A stretch of 63,999 nt of DNA, the filler included, from Folioceros fuciformis (Eukaryota), in assembly GCA_049999805.1 (NCBI GenBank). It is 15 parts of 15 records of this genome, joined end to end, with 100 filler letters (N's around TTAATTAATTAA, not from the genome) between each part and the next. Parts side by side here need not be neighbours in the genome. Positions count along the whole stretch, not along the records: positions 1 to 8,293 come from JBNGIO010002629.1; positions 8,394 to 16,750 come from JBNGIO010002630.1; 13 more parts are not named here. One strand, written 5' to 3'. The notes under the pieces were generated by a model. That model searched no databases. It saw only the letters and a program-made list of their open reading frames with translations, and was not told the DNA's origin. Both the position numbers and the translations under genes were made by a program. The number at the start of each line of letters is the position of its first letter. Position 1 is the first letter of the stretch. Below are positions 1-12,389 of the stretch, one piece after another.

Positions 1-120
1 GTGTTGCCGGCTGTACAGTGTCTGGTAGGATCGCAGGCAGCGTGTTGCCGGCTGTACAGTGTCTGGTAGGATCGCGGGCAGCGTGTTGCCGGTTGTGTAG
101 TGTCTGGTAGGATCACAAGG
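1..120. repeat. 41-bp tandem repeat, about 3 copies
   Basis: GTGTTGCCGG(C/T)TGT...TGTCTGGTAGGATC units start at 1, 42 and 83. Confidence 0.9.
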
Positions 121-736
121 TGTAATGACCAGGGTGAAGGGGCTTGCCCCTAGCTCTTGATTGTAAAGGGTGTGTCTTCCTCCCGACCTGTCCACTCTTG
201 TTCCTTGCTTGGTCAAGTGCTGTAGGCCGGCCATGTCTCATGGCGTCTGGTAAGGTTGTGGGGAGGAGATACCCAAGAGGGGAGTGTGTTCCCTTCTTCC
301 TTTTGTTTGGGGTTAGTCTAGTGACTCTTGCCAGGTAGGAGGAGTCCGTAGGGAAGTATACAAGGTAGTGGTGTCGTTGCTGGTTGCTAGTAGTTGCTGG
401 TGTTGGTGCTGGAGCGAGAGAGTGAGTGAAGTGAGTGAAGGAAGACGCAGATCTGAGAGGTTAGAGTCGTTGTAGTGACTGGAGTGAGTTTGTGGGCACC
501 GAGAGAGGTGCAGCTGACCGCCGGACAGCGAGGCCTGTCCTACGCCTGATCGGAGCTGGAGGGGAGCCCTCGAATCCGTCATCGAGTCGATCAAGTCCGA
601 CCCTCCATCCACAGCAGCAAGGATTCCCATCGCTCCTTCGTGGGAACGAAACCCAATGTCTCAACGACAGTGGGATAAGTGTGGCCACTAAAGGTGGGAC
701 CCGTCGGCAATCAGTGCCCGGGGTTTTGCCTCCACA
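1..736 (-). mobile_element. 5' part of a high-copy LTR beginning TGTGGAGGCAAAACCCCGGG (copy 1, runs off the window start)
   Basis: Near-identical sequence at 7957-8293, 55064-55219 and 63485-63736. All four share the same sharp TG terminus with unrelated flanks. Confidence 0.75.
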
Positions 737-846
737 ATGTGTCCTTTCGCTAGCTTAGCTAACTACCTATATAAACTGCTAGGTCTAGCTGACTAACCAT
801 ATTGGTTCAGAACCAACGTGGTATGCTAATATTTCTAACTATATCA

Positions 847-3800
847 ACTTCAAAACCTTCTGGTTGGGTCATGTACATCTCTTCCTCTAGTGACCCATTT
901 AAAAAAGCAGTCTTTACATCTAGCTAGTGTACATGTAGTCCATAGTGAGTAGTTAAAGAAAGCAATATTCGTATGGAGGTGGACTTCACTATAGGGGCAA
1001 ACGTTTCATTGTAGTCCAGACCTACCACCTAACTATAGCCTTTGGCAACTAACCTGGCTTTGTATCGACCTACACTACCATATGTGTTCAACTTTTTCTT
1101 AAAGACCCATTTACAAGCAATAGGTTTGCAGCCCTTTGGTAGGTCAATGAGTTTTCAGGTGTTGTTTGCTATGAGAGAGTCATATTCAGAATGGATAGCC
1201 TTCTTCCAGTGCTCAGATTCAGGGCCAGAGATTGCTTCTACGTAGGTTGTTGGCTCTAAAGTGTCAAAACTAACAGGTAAGTTTGAGGTGTCAGTAACAA
1301 GGCCAGCAACAAAATGTGGCTCAAACCATTCACTTCTAGGGGGTCTTAGATGAGTGGATCTTCGCAACATTGGTTTTGCAATAGGCTCTGGAGTTGACTG
1401 TTCTATTGGCTCTGAAGGTTTAGATATGGGGCCAGTATCCAAGTCAAAATCTAAAGAGACAACATGATCAACGTGAGAGGGTTCATCAACAGGGAGTGAG
1501 GTAGACTCATCTGATGCAATAGGAGAGACTGCTGGTATTGCAGGTGTTGTAGGTGCCACTGATGTTGTGGGTGTCACTGCTAATGTTGCAGGTAATAGTG
1601 CTGTTGAACTAGCTGTTGTGTTGCCCCCTGAAGCCGAAGAAGTTGAATTGACTGCTTCATCAACGTCAAATATAGAGATGTCAGCATCATCACCGAGAGG
1701 AAAATCATCAAGATCAGTCACACCATGTATAGAAGCTGTAGGTTGAAGAGCTATTGGAGCCAAGGCATCGTCATGGCGTCGGAGAAGAGCATTTTCATTA
1801 AATACAACGCTTCTACAAAAAGAGACCTGTCTTGTAGCGGGATCAAATAGTTTGTAACCCTTTATCTAATGAAAATTCGTCGAACTGCTTTAGGATCAAG
1901 CTTACTCCGAAGTGCAGAGGGAATTAGGGCATACGCAGGTGCTCCAAAAATGCGAAGGTGAGAAATTCGAGGCTTCTTCCTTGTCCAACGCTCATAGGGG
2001 GTTACCAAGCCAAGCTCCTTAGTAGGTAATCTATTCTATACATAGTTAGCAGCCATGAGGGCTTCTGCCCAATAGCCCCGAGTAAGGCCAGCAAAGGAGA
2101 GGCTGGATAATGTAGCTTCTTGTAGAGTCCTATTTTTACGTTCAACAAATGCATTCTAAGCTGGAGTATAGGGGACTGTGAACTGATGCAAAACTCCCTC
2201 TTCAGCACAAAAAGTAGAAAAAACATTGCTGGTGCATTCCCCTCCATTGTCAGTCATGAGAAATTTCCACTTGCGGCCTGTTTGACGCTGAGCCAAGGCT
2301 AAGTAGGTGTGAAAACATGATAAAGCCTCACTTTTATGAGTGAGAATGAACACTGTACAATATCTACTCCATTCATCTAGGAAAGTGATGAAATAATAAG
2401 CTCCTCCGAAAGACATGGTGGACATGGGGCCGCAAAAGTTACTGTGTATTGTATGTAGAAGGCTAGTAGCTTTGGACAAATTCTGGTCTTTATAAGGTTG
2501 GGAGATGGCTTTACTCAATTGGCAAGAATCACAAAAGGTTCGACTATCAAAAGTGAAGGACAGAGGGTCTCTATAAACTGTGTTGTCAACTAGGGTAGAT
2601 AGTCAATGGAAATTTATGTGTCCTAGGCAACAATGCCAGAGTTGAGTAGGTGATAGGCCAGAAAGCTGTGTAACAAGGACAGTAGACAAACTGACATACA
2701 GAGTTCTAACATTCAAGAGGTATAGGTCATTGAAGGGGGTACCTGAGAATATGTCAGCTCTAGTGATGTGACTGGTTACAAAACAGCCTGTATGATCGAA
2801 ACAAATTCTACAGGCATGTTCCCCTGCAAGCTTCATGACTGACATAAGGTTCTTCGTCATTGAGGGAACAAACAACACACCTGTTATTGTGAGGATGGAA
2901 CTGTCTGGGAGTTCTATCTTGACTGACCCTATACCCTTGATGGCTAACCCGGTGTCGTTACCTAGGAGGACAAGTCACCTAGGAGGACAAACTGATGATC
3001 AACATGTGTAGTGTTAAAACAAGTAAAGGCTAGTCTATCGTAACAAATGTGGCTTGTGGCCCCTGAATCTAGGAACCACATGTCAGTCTGAATTTGAACA
3101 GAAGAGAGACATACTACTAAAATTGAGGGTGGTTAAGGTGGACCTCTGGAAGTGGCAATGTTTGACTTTGGTGTAGAATTGTCCCTCCTGGGCTCACCAG
3201 CCCGCTTCTTTCTACAGTCCTTTTCATAATGACCCGGGATCTTACACCAATTGCAGGTGAAGATCTTCCTCTGCAAGTTAGGCTGTCGGGGAGCTAAGCT
3301 TCCTCCACGACCAGGGCTGCCACGACCAGGGCTGCCACGACCTTTGCCTTGATAGCCACCACGCCCCCTTGAAACAAACAAGACTCTAGAAGTTTGCTGT
3401 GCAGGTGACTTGGATTTGCTGAGGCTTCTACTCCTTTCCTTAGCAATGAGAGCTCCATACACCTGCTCCAACGTCACATTAGTTCCAGGTACAGCTGCTT
3501 GCAAAGTGGCATTCTGTGAACTGAAAAAATGAGAATAGCTATCAGGTAGGGATGCCAAAAACCCTATGGCAGCTTGAGACTCTGGAAAAGTTGTTCCACA
3601 GTATGCAAGAGTGGCACGGGCAGTCCGAAATCTGTTCATGTAGGACTCAGCAGTCTCACTATCCTTCATGCGGATATTGAAGAAGTCCCTATGTGCCATT
3701 ATGAGAAATTGAACTCTTGTCCCGATAAATAAGTTTGAAATTGCTCCAGACCGCTGCAGATGTGTCCGCATCCATGGTATGGGGCATCATATTCCTATCG

Positions 3801-5190
3801 AGAGATGCTAGCAGCATAGAACGAGCTCTCCTGTCCTTCCTCTGCCACACTAATATGTCAGCTGCATTCACGTTATTAGGTTGAGTTGCTGGAATGGGCT
3901 CAGTCCCATCTACTACAGACATCAACTCGTTCTCCTCCAAGATCTGGGTCAAGCGCATGACCCAGATGTGATAGTCATGGCCATTGAAATGGTCCTTGTC
4001 CTTGAACTCGATCTTCAAGGAGCTTGGGTTGACCGCCATAGCTTGTACTGGATTGTTGATAGGAGGTACTAGTGGAATTTGATTCCCCTGGAATGGAAAG
4101 AAATTAAAACCACCACCAGGAGCAAAGCCAGGAAAGAAACCTGTCGTTTGTGCAGGTTGTTGTGATGAGTTTGCTCCTGCGCTTCGAGATGTGTTTGAAG
4201 GGTTCCCAACTCCAGCAGCAGGGTTGCCTGCCATGCCAGCAAGGTTGCTTGCTGGACCAGCAGGGTTGCCTGCTGTGGGGAAAGGGATTCCTGTCGAACT
4301 CAGTACACTAGCTGTGCCACCTAGGGTAGGAGGAACGTTGCTTCAGTAGTTCCTCAAACGATTCTGAAAGTCTTCAAAATCAAAGGTTGGAGCAGGTGCA
4401 TGTGATTCATCGGTTGCAGGTGTGGAACCGACGGCTGGTTGAACTACTCCATCTTGCTGTTCCAAGCCTTCTAGGCCCAAGTCGTGTTCTTCATCCGGTC
4501 CGGACGGATCTAGAGAAGGTGCACCTGGACGCATATCAACACCGGAAGATGATCAGTAGGGAGGCCAGCCCGGTCGTCCCCGTGAGAAGATGGCTGCAAG
4601 GCGAGCGCGCTTCTCCTCTTCATAGTTGGTAGAAATAAGATACAATTGCTTGATTCCACTCATGAGGCTGCGGATCACATCCTGGAGTCCTCTTATCTGG
4701 GCGCTGGTGGCCAAAAGCTCGTCTTCCTTTTGTTGAGGGCGGAATCGTCGGGGAACAGAGGAAGATGAACGCCTTACCAGATGAGGATTCACAGGGTGCG
4801 AGGTAGGACAGCGCAACGAGGTGCGATTCACTCCTGGTGTTGCTGATGCACTAGATTGTCTTGCGCGGACTTCGTTCAGGTAGCAGTCTGAACAAAGACC
4901 ATCATTGATCGGCGTAGGAGATGGGGAGGATTCTAACCGCACTGTCCTCTGCTGTGCATGAGGAGCTGTCCTACGCCTAGGCATCTTCACACGTTTCTCA
5001 TCAGTGGGTCAAAGCAACTGCAGAGAATGCTCGTGGATAGAATCATATTGGCTCTAATACCATAACGTGATGGAAGCCAGCAAGCCAGGGATACAACCAC
5101 GAGCACGAGGAAGCCGATGGCTTGGGAAAAATAAAAAACGGTTATTATGAAAATTGAATAATGAGTCATATGTACCAAAGTCTGTTGGAG
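847..5190 (-). mobile_element. Degenerate Ty1/copia retrotransposon A (LTR remnant, PBS, leader ORF, gag, protease, integrase, start of RT)
   Basis: PBS-like TGGTATTAGAGC (5051-5062). Gag with CNWCKIPGHYEKDC knuckle. WFLDSGATSHIC protease (~3040-3080). LWHCCLGH. TDNGGE integrase. WVFKKK...YKARLVAKG and EEMYMTQPEGF RT motifs. Frameshifts and stops throughout. Confidence 0.93.
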
Positions 5191-7956
5191 TTTCTTGCGA
5201 GCACTACCTTATGAGTTTGAGGATTAATCAACTTATAGGCCTTACTCTCCTTAGAGTAACCTAAGAAAAGATAAGGAACTGCCCTGTCGTCTAACTTTTT
5301 CCTTCTTTCTGCAGGAACATATACAAAGGCCTCTAGAGGATCCAAACACTCTTAAGTGATTTATATTGGGCTTACGTCCTTAGAATACTTCATAAGGGGC
5401 CGTCCTCAAACAGAAGTTGTAAGTAGCCTATTCATTATATATGTTGCAGTAGTAATGGCTTCAGCCGAGTACTTTTTAGATAATATCGTATAAGATAGCA
5501 TACTCCTAGTCATGCCCATAAGTATCTGGTTCTTGCATTCAGCAACACCATTTTGCTGTTGTGTGTAGGGTACAACCAGTTGATGAATGATGCCACACCT
5601 TTTGAACAGTTCATCATATTTGTAGCCAACAAACTCACCTCCATTGTCTATTCTTAGGCATTTTACTAAGCAGCCGGTTTGGCGTTGAACCATGACAATC
5701 TAGGACGAAATCTGATCAAAAGCATCACTTTTGTGTCGCAATGGGTAAGTCCAAGTGTATCTTGAATAATCATCAATGATTGTTAGATAGTACTCAGCAC
5801 CTCCTAATGACTTAATTTGCAATTTTCCAGCTATGTTAGCATGTACCAACTCTAACAAGGATGTTGCCCTTGTGGCATTCTTATTCTTGAAGGGTTGTTC
5901 TTTCTGTTTGGACAGAACACAGGAACTGCAATCAGGAAGTGATTTGAAGCATGACGATAACTTCTCTTTATAACAATCTAAAGCCAACATAAGGTCAAGT
6001 TTGGATTTATTTACATGACCTAATCTAGCATGCCACAACTTAGCCTGATTCGTCAAAGTGACTGCATAAGCTCGTTCTAACCTCTTGGATGTAGTGAACA
6101 GTTGATACAAGTCACCAACTACTGCAGCTTCTCTACATGGTGGTCTGAATCATCTAAATTGTAGTGGTTAGCCTCAAAACGGAAACCATACAAGTGACTA
6201 CTTGTCATTGTTTGGATGGAGATCAGGTTCTTCGACATGGAGGGCACATAAAGAACATCTTACAGCTGAAGTGTTCCTCCACTCATTAAAGGTATGACTA
6301 CTCATCCAGTACCTTTAACTGCAACTCCTCGAGCATCTCCCACATAAACTAATTGTGGTGAGGTTGTGTTCCAAAAAGTCATGAACAACTGCCAATTGTT
6401 GCAAACATGTGCAGAGGCACTTGAGTCAATAAACCACAGTGATGAAAGCTCTTGAGTAGCAGTGAAGCACACAGTCAAGGCTGTTGCAGCACTCTTGTGT
6501 GAAGGTAACTTCGAGTCCTTCACAGTAACGTGAGCTTGTGTTACTTTCACTTCCCTCTTAGGATCACCAGCTTGCTTCTTACGATAGTCGCGCTCCCAAT
6601 GTCCAGGGATGCCTCACTAGTGGCAAGTGCCAACTCGTTTGGCAGTCGAGGAAAAAATGGAGGTAGGTTTATTTCCTCCTTTATATGTCCCCTTCCCAAA
6701 CATTTTGCCCTTGGCTGCCAACAACACTTTTTCACCTCGAATTCTGGAACTGGATCCAGAACTGTGATGGCTTTGCTCCTCTTGCAAGAGTGTGCCAATC
6801 ACATTGTTCAGGTTGATAGTCATTGGTTGACTAGCAGCAACAACAATATATGAAGATTGAAGAGCAGCATTATGTCCGAAGATGAAGGTTTGATAGGTGG
6901 GAGGTAAACTGCCAAGCAGCTGAGCAACAACATCCACTTCGGTCATTATGCTGCCGAGCGTAGCAAGCTATGCCCTCAAGTACAGAAACTTGGTTGTATG
7001 TGCTCCCAAACTATCTCCTTCGTTCAAACACAAGCGATAGAATTGATTATGAACAGAAACTAGCGTCAATATATTTTGAACCTGGTAAGTGTTTTTAAGT
7101 TGCTCCCACACAGCAGCAGCTGTAGGCAACCTTTCAACTTCTGTAACTATAGTTTCTCCAAGGCCTGAAAGTATGATGGCAAAGGCCACCTTGTTCCCTT
7201 TGACAAAGTGTCTTTAACATCTTGGGGATCACTTGGTGCAGGAATAGGAATCAAGCCATTGACATACTCCCACACATCACGAGCATCTAGGAATGCCGTC
7301 ATCCTAGCTCACCAGCTTTCATACTTGATATGTGTACCATCAAAACGGTCTTTTACCTTGAATTCACCTCCGAAAGATGCAAACTGTATTGTAGTCATTT
7401 GTGTAATAACAACAGGGTGTACAGGTGCAAGAGGAGCAACGATAGAGGAAAATTGAGATGTTAGAGACTGCAAAAATGACGCCTCTATTTCTGGGTCCAT
7501 GTCAGGATCACTATCAGTGTCTTCAAAGAGAAGTGAGAGACCTCACATATAGAAAACGTCTATGCATTCACGTAGAGAATACGTAGATGCGTCAAATGTT
7601 TGCAGGATATTAACAAATAAAAAAAATCAGAATCGAAACGCCACTCCAAAACGACATGGAGATTCAAAACGGTAAGTAAGTATGACCTAGAAACACCAAA
7701 CATGCCCTAACTTACAAGTTTAAGGATATGACAAGTTGTGTCCTCGTGTACACAATCTAGGAGCAATGTGCCTACGTGTACATGACAACCAACCATCAGT
7801 CCTACGTAAGGCGCTTGTTGGTGGCTGGCTGCAGGTAGCGCTTGGAGTGGTGAGCTCTATCCAGCTGCAGCATGCCTCTCACCAATCTAATCAGGCCGCC
7901 TCTCCTGCATCGCGCTCGCAAATCGGAGGCGACAGAGTAAGTAAGTAGAGGGCAGC
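5191..7956 (-). mobile_element. Degenerate Ty1/copia retrotransposon B (leader, gag, protease, integrase)
   Basis: Gag fragments at 6617-7500. WFIDSSASAHVC protease. LWHARLGH. IDNGGEF and QQNGVAE integrase. RKKLDDRA...FLGYS SH3-like region to ~5190. Confidence 0.9.
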
Positions 7957-8293
7957 TGTGGAGGCAAAACCCCGGGCACTGATTGCCGACGGGTTCCACC
8001 TTTAGTGGCCACACTTATCCCACTGTCGTTGATACATTGGGTTTCGTTCCCACGAAGGAGCGATGGGGTTCCTTGCTGCTGTGGATGGAGGGTCGGACTT
8101 GATCGACTCGATGATCGATTCGAGGGCTCCCCTCCGGCTCCGATCAGGCGTAGGACAGGCCTCGCTGTCCGGCGGTCAGCTGCACCTCTCTCGGTGCCCA
8201 CAAACTCACTCTTGTCACTACAACGACCCTAACCTCTCAGATCTGCGGCTTCCCTCACTCACTTCACTCACTCTCTTACTCCAGCACCAACAC
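7957..8293 (+). mobile_element. TGTGGAGG LTR family, copy 2 (runs into the gap)
   Basis: Reverse complement of ~400-736 with few substitutions. Confidence 0.8.
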
Positions 8294-8393
8294 NNNNNNN
8301 NNNNNNNNNNNNNNNNNNNNNNNNNNNNNNNNNNNNNTTAATTAATTAANNNNNNNNNNNNNNNNNNNNNNNNNNNNNNNNNNNNNNNNNNNN
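8294..8393. other. Artificial contig spacer N44-TTAATTAATTAA-N44 (first of 14; others start at 16751, 18875, 22592, 31361, 34474, 37205, 42563, 44353, 45822, 52309, 53575, 56492, 62896)
   Basis: Identical 100-nt structure each time. The palindromic 12-mer gives stop codons in all six frames. Confidence 0.98.
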
Positions 8394-8999
8394 GCCTGGT
8401 GATGCATACTGTGCATCACCTGGCCTAGGTCTTGGCCCCTGACCCAAGTTAGGTTACCAATTAATGTAGATCAAAGCTTCGGCACCCGGTTGTCCGGCCA
8501 TAAGATAGAGCCCCACGAATCGTCCAAATTTTCGGAAACGCACTGCATGTCCATCAGTGAAGTGAGAAGCAAAAGAGGAAACAGACGTTGCTGCATGCGT
8601 GCGAAAAATTGTGTAAAGGAATCTAGATCTACTTGCGATCTGGCGAGACGAAACATTCGCAGATCGGGTGCACAAGAACGCGTCCGCTCAGACCAAGACC
8701 TCGATATCAGCATGACGAGCCAGCGGGGGTGACAATTATGAGGCTCGGCCCCATGGAGTTCGACTTAGGCACGCAATGCCCCTCTCTCCACACCCACAGC
8801 AACCAGCTGCACAGGGCTCGCCAGTTGTGCACACATCGCGGGAGGGAATGACTGCACGAGTAGCATTCCTTGACCTCTTGCCCGTGTTCTACAATTTGCA
8901 CATGTTTTCGTCTGATTTTCTGCTCGCTCATGTCCATATTATGTGGCAATTAGATTATTAACATACCCGCAAGCTTCCCAGAGTCTGGACGTCGTCGCC

Positions 9000-11900
9000 A
9001 TGGCTGTGGCCCTGCGCCGCGTGCGCAGTAGCCTGCCATTTCTCTTCGCCCGTTCTTGCAGGTTTGCTCTCTGCTCCTTTTCTTCCCGTGGCTGAGGAGA
9101 TGTCACTTGATCTTCTAACTGCCAGCCGTCTTCTGTCCAGGTACCCCCCAAAGTTGGCGTCCTCTGATTGGGCTTCGGACATCCAGCAGCACCTCCTCCG
9201 CAGGGCTGTGGTACGCGCTTTTCCACACCACCCTTGTTCCATTGCACTCCTCTGCCTCCTGTCTCACCTCCAATCTCGTCGTCCCAGCTCGCGTGGTCTG
9301 CACGGAATGTTTCTTCCGCCAGTACGTCTTGCTGCCCTGGCTGACTTTTGTTTCTGCAGATGCTTGGTGCCTGGGTGCTCATTCAATCTTGTTTCTGGTG
9401 CAGGTACACCTCCTCATGAAGTTCTCTCTATGCCTGCCTTGTCTCCCACCATGGTAATGGCTGAATTGACTGGACAGAAATTCGGCTTCTCTGCTTTCTG
9501 ATGTGTTCTCAGCTCAGATCAGCCAGGGGCATCCCAGCTTTTGTCCGATCAGATTATTCGCTGCTCATTGTATGCTATTTGCTTCTGATTGCAATAGAGC
9601 CAAGGCAATGTGGGCAAATGGAAGAAGAAAGAAGGAGATGAGGTACTAGAATGCCCATTACTTGCTTCATATATTTTCATATGGTGTCTGCATCAGGGGC
9701 AATATTTCGTGCTATCAGGATTACCTTCTTCTGTCTGCTGCACAGGTTAGAGCTGGCGATGTTCTGTGTGAGATTGAAACGGACAAGGCTACCTTGGACT
9801 TCGAATCTCTTGAGGAAGGGTACATTCCTACAGCCCTTGTCTGTCTGAATGGTAGAATTCCATTGTATTTCACCAGCTATTCCTTTATCTGCTGCCATAG
9901 GTCCCTTCAGCTCGATGTTGCTGCATGATAGATAATAAGTTTGGTGATTTCGGTCTACTGATCGATGAAGTATTTCATGTTCCAGGTTTCTGGCCAAGAT
10001 ACTGGTGCCTGCAGGCTCCAAGGATGTACCAGTGGGGAAGCCTCTTTGTATTGTTGTAAGTATGGCTCACTATGGTCCAAATTTAGTGTTCCATGGAGAG
10101 TTACAGTTGCTGTGCACCTTGCTGCATACAGGTGGAGAATGCTCAGGATGTCAGCCAATTCCGAGATGTTAGTGCGGTGACTGTATCCCCTCAAGCTCCA
10201 CCTCCTCAGCGTCCTCAGGGGGACAAGGGCAAAAGCTTGCCAAGTACCTCCTCCTCAATTGAGAGAACTAGTTCTCCAGTTGAGAGAGTTGGTTCCCCTG
10301 TCGATAGGGTTGGCCCATCGGTCAGACGCCTTCTGGCTGAAAGTGGGTTGAGCCAGTCGAAACTTAGAGGGACTGGTCCTCGTGGAATTCTTGTAAAAGG
10401 TGATATTCTGGCAGCCATGAAAGGCGGTGTAAATGTGGGAGCTCCCAAATTGGCAGGGAGTGCAAATGCTCCTCCTACGTCGAGGCCACCAGCACCTGCT
10501 GCAGAAGTCGCATTTGACACTGTTGCCACAAGTCAGATTCGAAAGGTGCACTGCCATGAGCTATTTGCTGGATTGATATTCGTCGTCAATTGTCACAAGT
10601 TGTCCCTCACCAGCATGCGTAATGGCATATCAGATTATAGCGAAAAGACTGTTGGAGTCAAAAACTAGCATTCCACATCTCTACCTAAGTGCTGGTAACT
10701 CTTTGACCACTTCTTACATGCGGGATGTGCTATATTCATAAACAATGGTTGCATTGCAATGTCTTACTTATGGTGACTTTGTGAAGCAACCTCTCTGGCG
10801 GGTGTTCTTTGTCCTGAGAATGCTGTGCTGTAAACTAGACATTCTCAGGTTACTCTTAGTGCGTGGTAAATTAACTGCTGTAAGTGCGCTTGAGAGTAAA
10901 TCCTAAATGTCTGGATCCTTTATGTTTGCCAGATGCAGTGCTTGATCCCACTTTGGCCATCCGTAAAAAGCTTCTGGGTAAGAAACATGTTGACCATTAC
11001 ACCTACTTGCTCCGTCATGCAAGTTATCCTGCCACCATTGATCTTGCTGTGCTGCACTCAATCTGGATGGATAACCAGGATTCAATGTTAGGATCCGTCT
11101 AACTAAGGCGTGGAGATGCAGATGAACATGGAGTAAAACTTTCAGTGAATGATTTTGTGATAAGAGCTGCAGCACTTGCTCTGAAGGCTATTCCAGCGGC
11201 AAATGGTATGAGGCTTCTACGAGCTATGTTCCTTGTTCCGTACATGTTGATTGGCTCTGAGTTGATTTTGCTGTTGTCCGTGGCGTAATTTTAAGTAAAG
11301 CAATTCCGTGCTTTCTGAAGCGTTCTGGGATGAAAGTGCTAGAGAAGCGGTGGTCAATAATTCCATCGACATTGCTATTGCTGTTGCTACGGATAAGGTA
11401 CGGAAGAAAGGCGGGCTTCTTGGTTCCTTGTGCTTTCTTCTGGTTGTAGCACAGTTGCTGTGTGTCCTCTGGAATTTACGCATGTGCTATATGTGCTGCC
11501 TTTGTAGGGTCTTTTTACCCCGATTGTGAGACGAGCTGATCAGAAGTCCTTGTCCCTCATTTCGTCTGAGGTACTTTCCTTCTCTGCAATCATTGTGCGT
11601 GCATTAACGGATGAAGTCAATGCCATAGGCTTCAGGTTTCTTGACAATATGAGCAGGTGAAAGCCTTAGCAGACAGGGCTAGGAATGGCAAGCTAGCGCC
11701 CCATGAGTTTCAAGGTGGCACCTTCAGGTTGGTTTTTTGCAGCTCTTGTTTCTGTGAACGAAATCAAGTATGCTTGCATCGTAAGAATGTTGCTCAGTCT
11801 TGCGTCGCTAAGTTGAGTTGGGCTCTTAGCGTGGTGCTCAAAGGTTTTCATTGTGGTTCACTCTGTATCTTGCAGCATTTCCAATTTGGGAATGTATCCT

Positions 11901-12389
11901 GTTGATCAGTTTTGTGCGATCATCAATCCTCCTCAGGTTTTTGACTTATATTCCGCTCGATGGCTACTTCTATTTGTGTATGATATTAGTTGATCAGTGT
12001 GGGGTACGATGACAAGTACGTTCGTGCAGGCTTGCATACTTGCAGTGGGGAAAGGTGAACGAACTGTTATTTGGGATGAAATCTCTCCTGGTATGGCTCG
12101 TCCCGCAGTTCATTCGTAACTTGTCTGTTGTCCAGCAGGATCACTGCTCAGGTGAATTCGGCGTGTGTTCTGGCAGGGTTTGGGCAGCCTACGTCTGTAA
12201 CCAGGATGTCCTTGACCATATCAGCAGATAGTCGAGTTCTTGACGCGGACGTTGCAGGTGAGAATTGAATGCACTGTTGAAAGAATTGTGAGGTTTCGAG
12301 TGGTCCTAACGTCCGACGGCGTGGGATCAGGTCGGTTCATGCAGAGTCTTCTTGCCAACCTTTCAGATCCCCGGAGTATGCTACTCTAA
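9000..12389 (+). CDS. Multi-exon mitochondrial pyruvate dehydrogenase E2-family protein (LTA3-like) with one lipoyl domain and catalytic His replaced by Ser (E3BP/PDHX-like)
   Basis: gccATGG start with Arg-rich transit-like peptide [11 protein letters not shown] (start codon inferred). Lipoyl domain MPALSPTM...EIETDKAT. E3-binding domain GPSVRRLL...GTGPRG. Core [48 protein letters not shown] introns. TAA at 12387-12389. Confidence 0.95.

Noticed and set aside
540-700. Hammerhead ribozyme (retrozyme) in the LTR
   Set aside because: GAAAC is present, but I found no CUGANGA core with compatible stems on either strand.
461-758. Recurrent short ORFs (MATLIPLSL..., MGTERGAAD...) as a gene family
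   Set aside because: They recur only because the LTR DNA is repeated, start at non-ATG codons and vary freely at their ends.
400-8293. Inverted repeats at both ends of contig 1 as TIRs of one giant DNA transposon
   Set aside because: The defined termini face inward and the repeats run outward. Solo copies occur elsewhere. Two independent insertions fit better.
8338-8349. TTAATTAATTAA as a biological repeat or CRISPR-like element
   Set aside because: It is always centred in N runs, so it is a synthetic linker.
12230-12232. RNA editing restoring the catalytic His
   Set aside because: AGT cannot become CAY by C/U editing, and the gene is nuclear.
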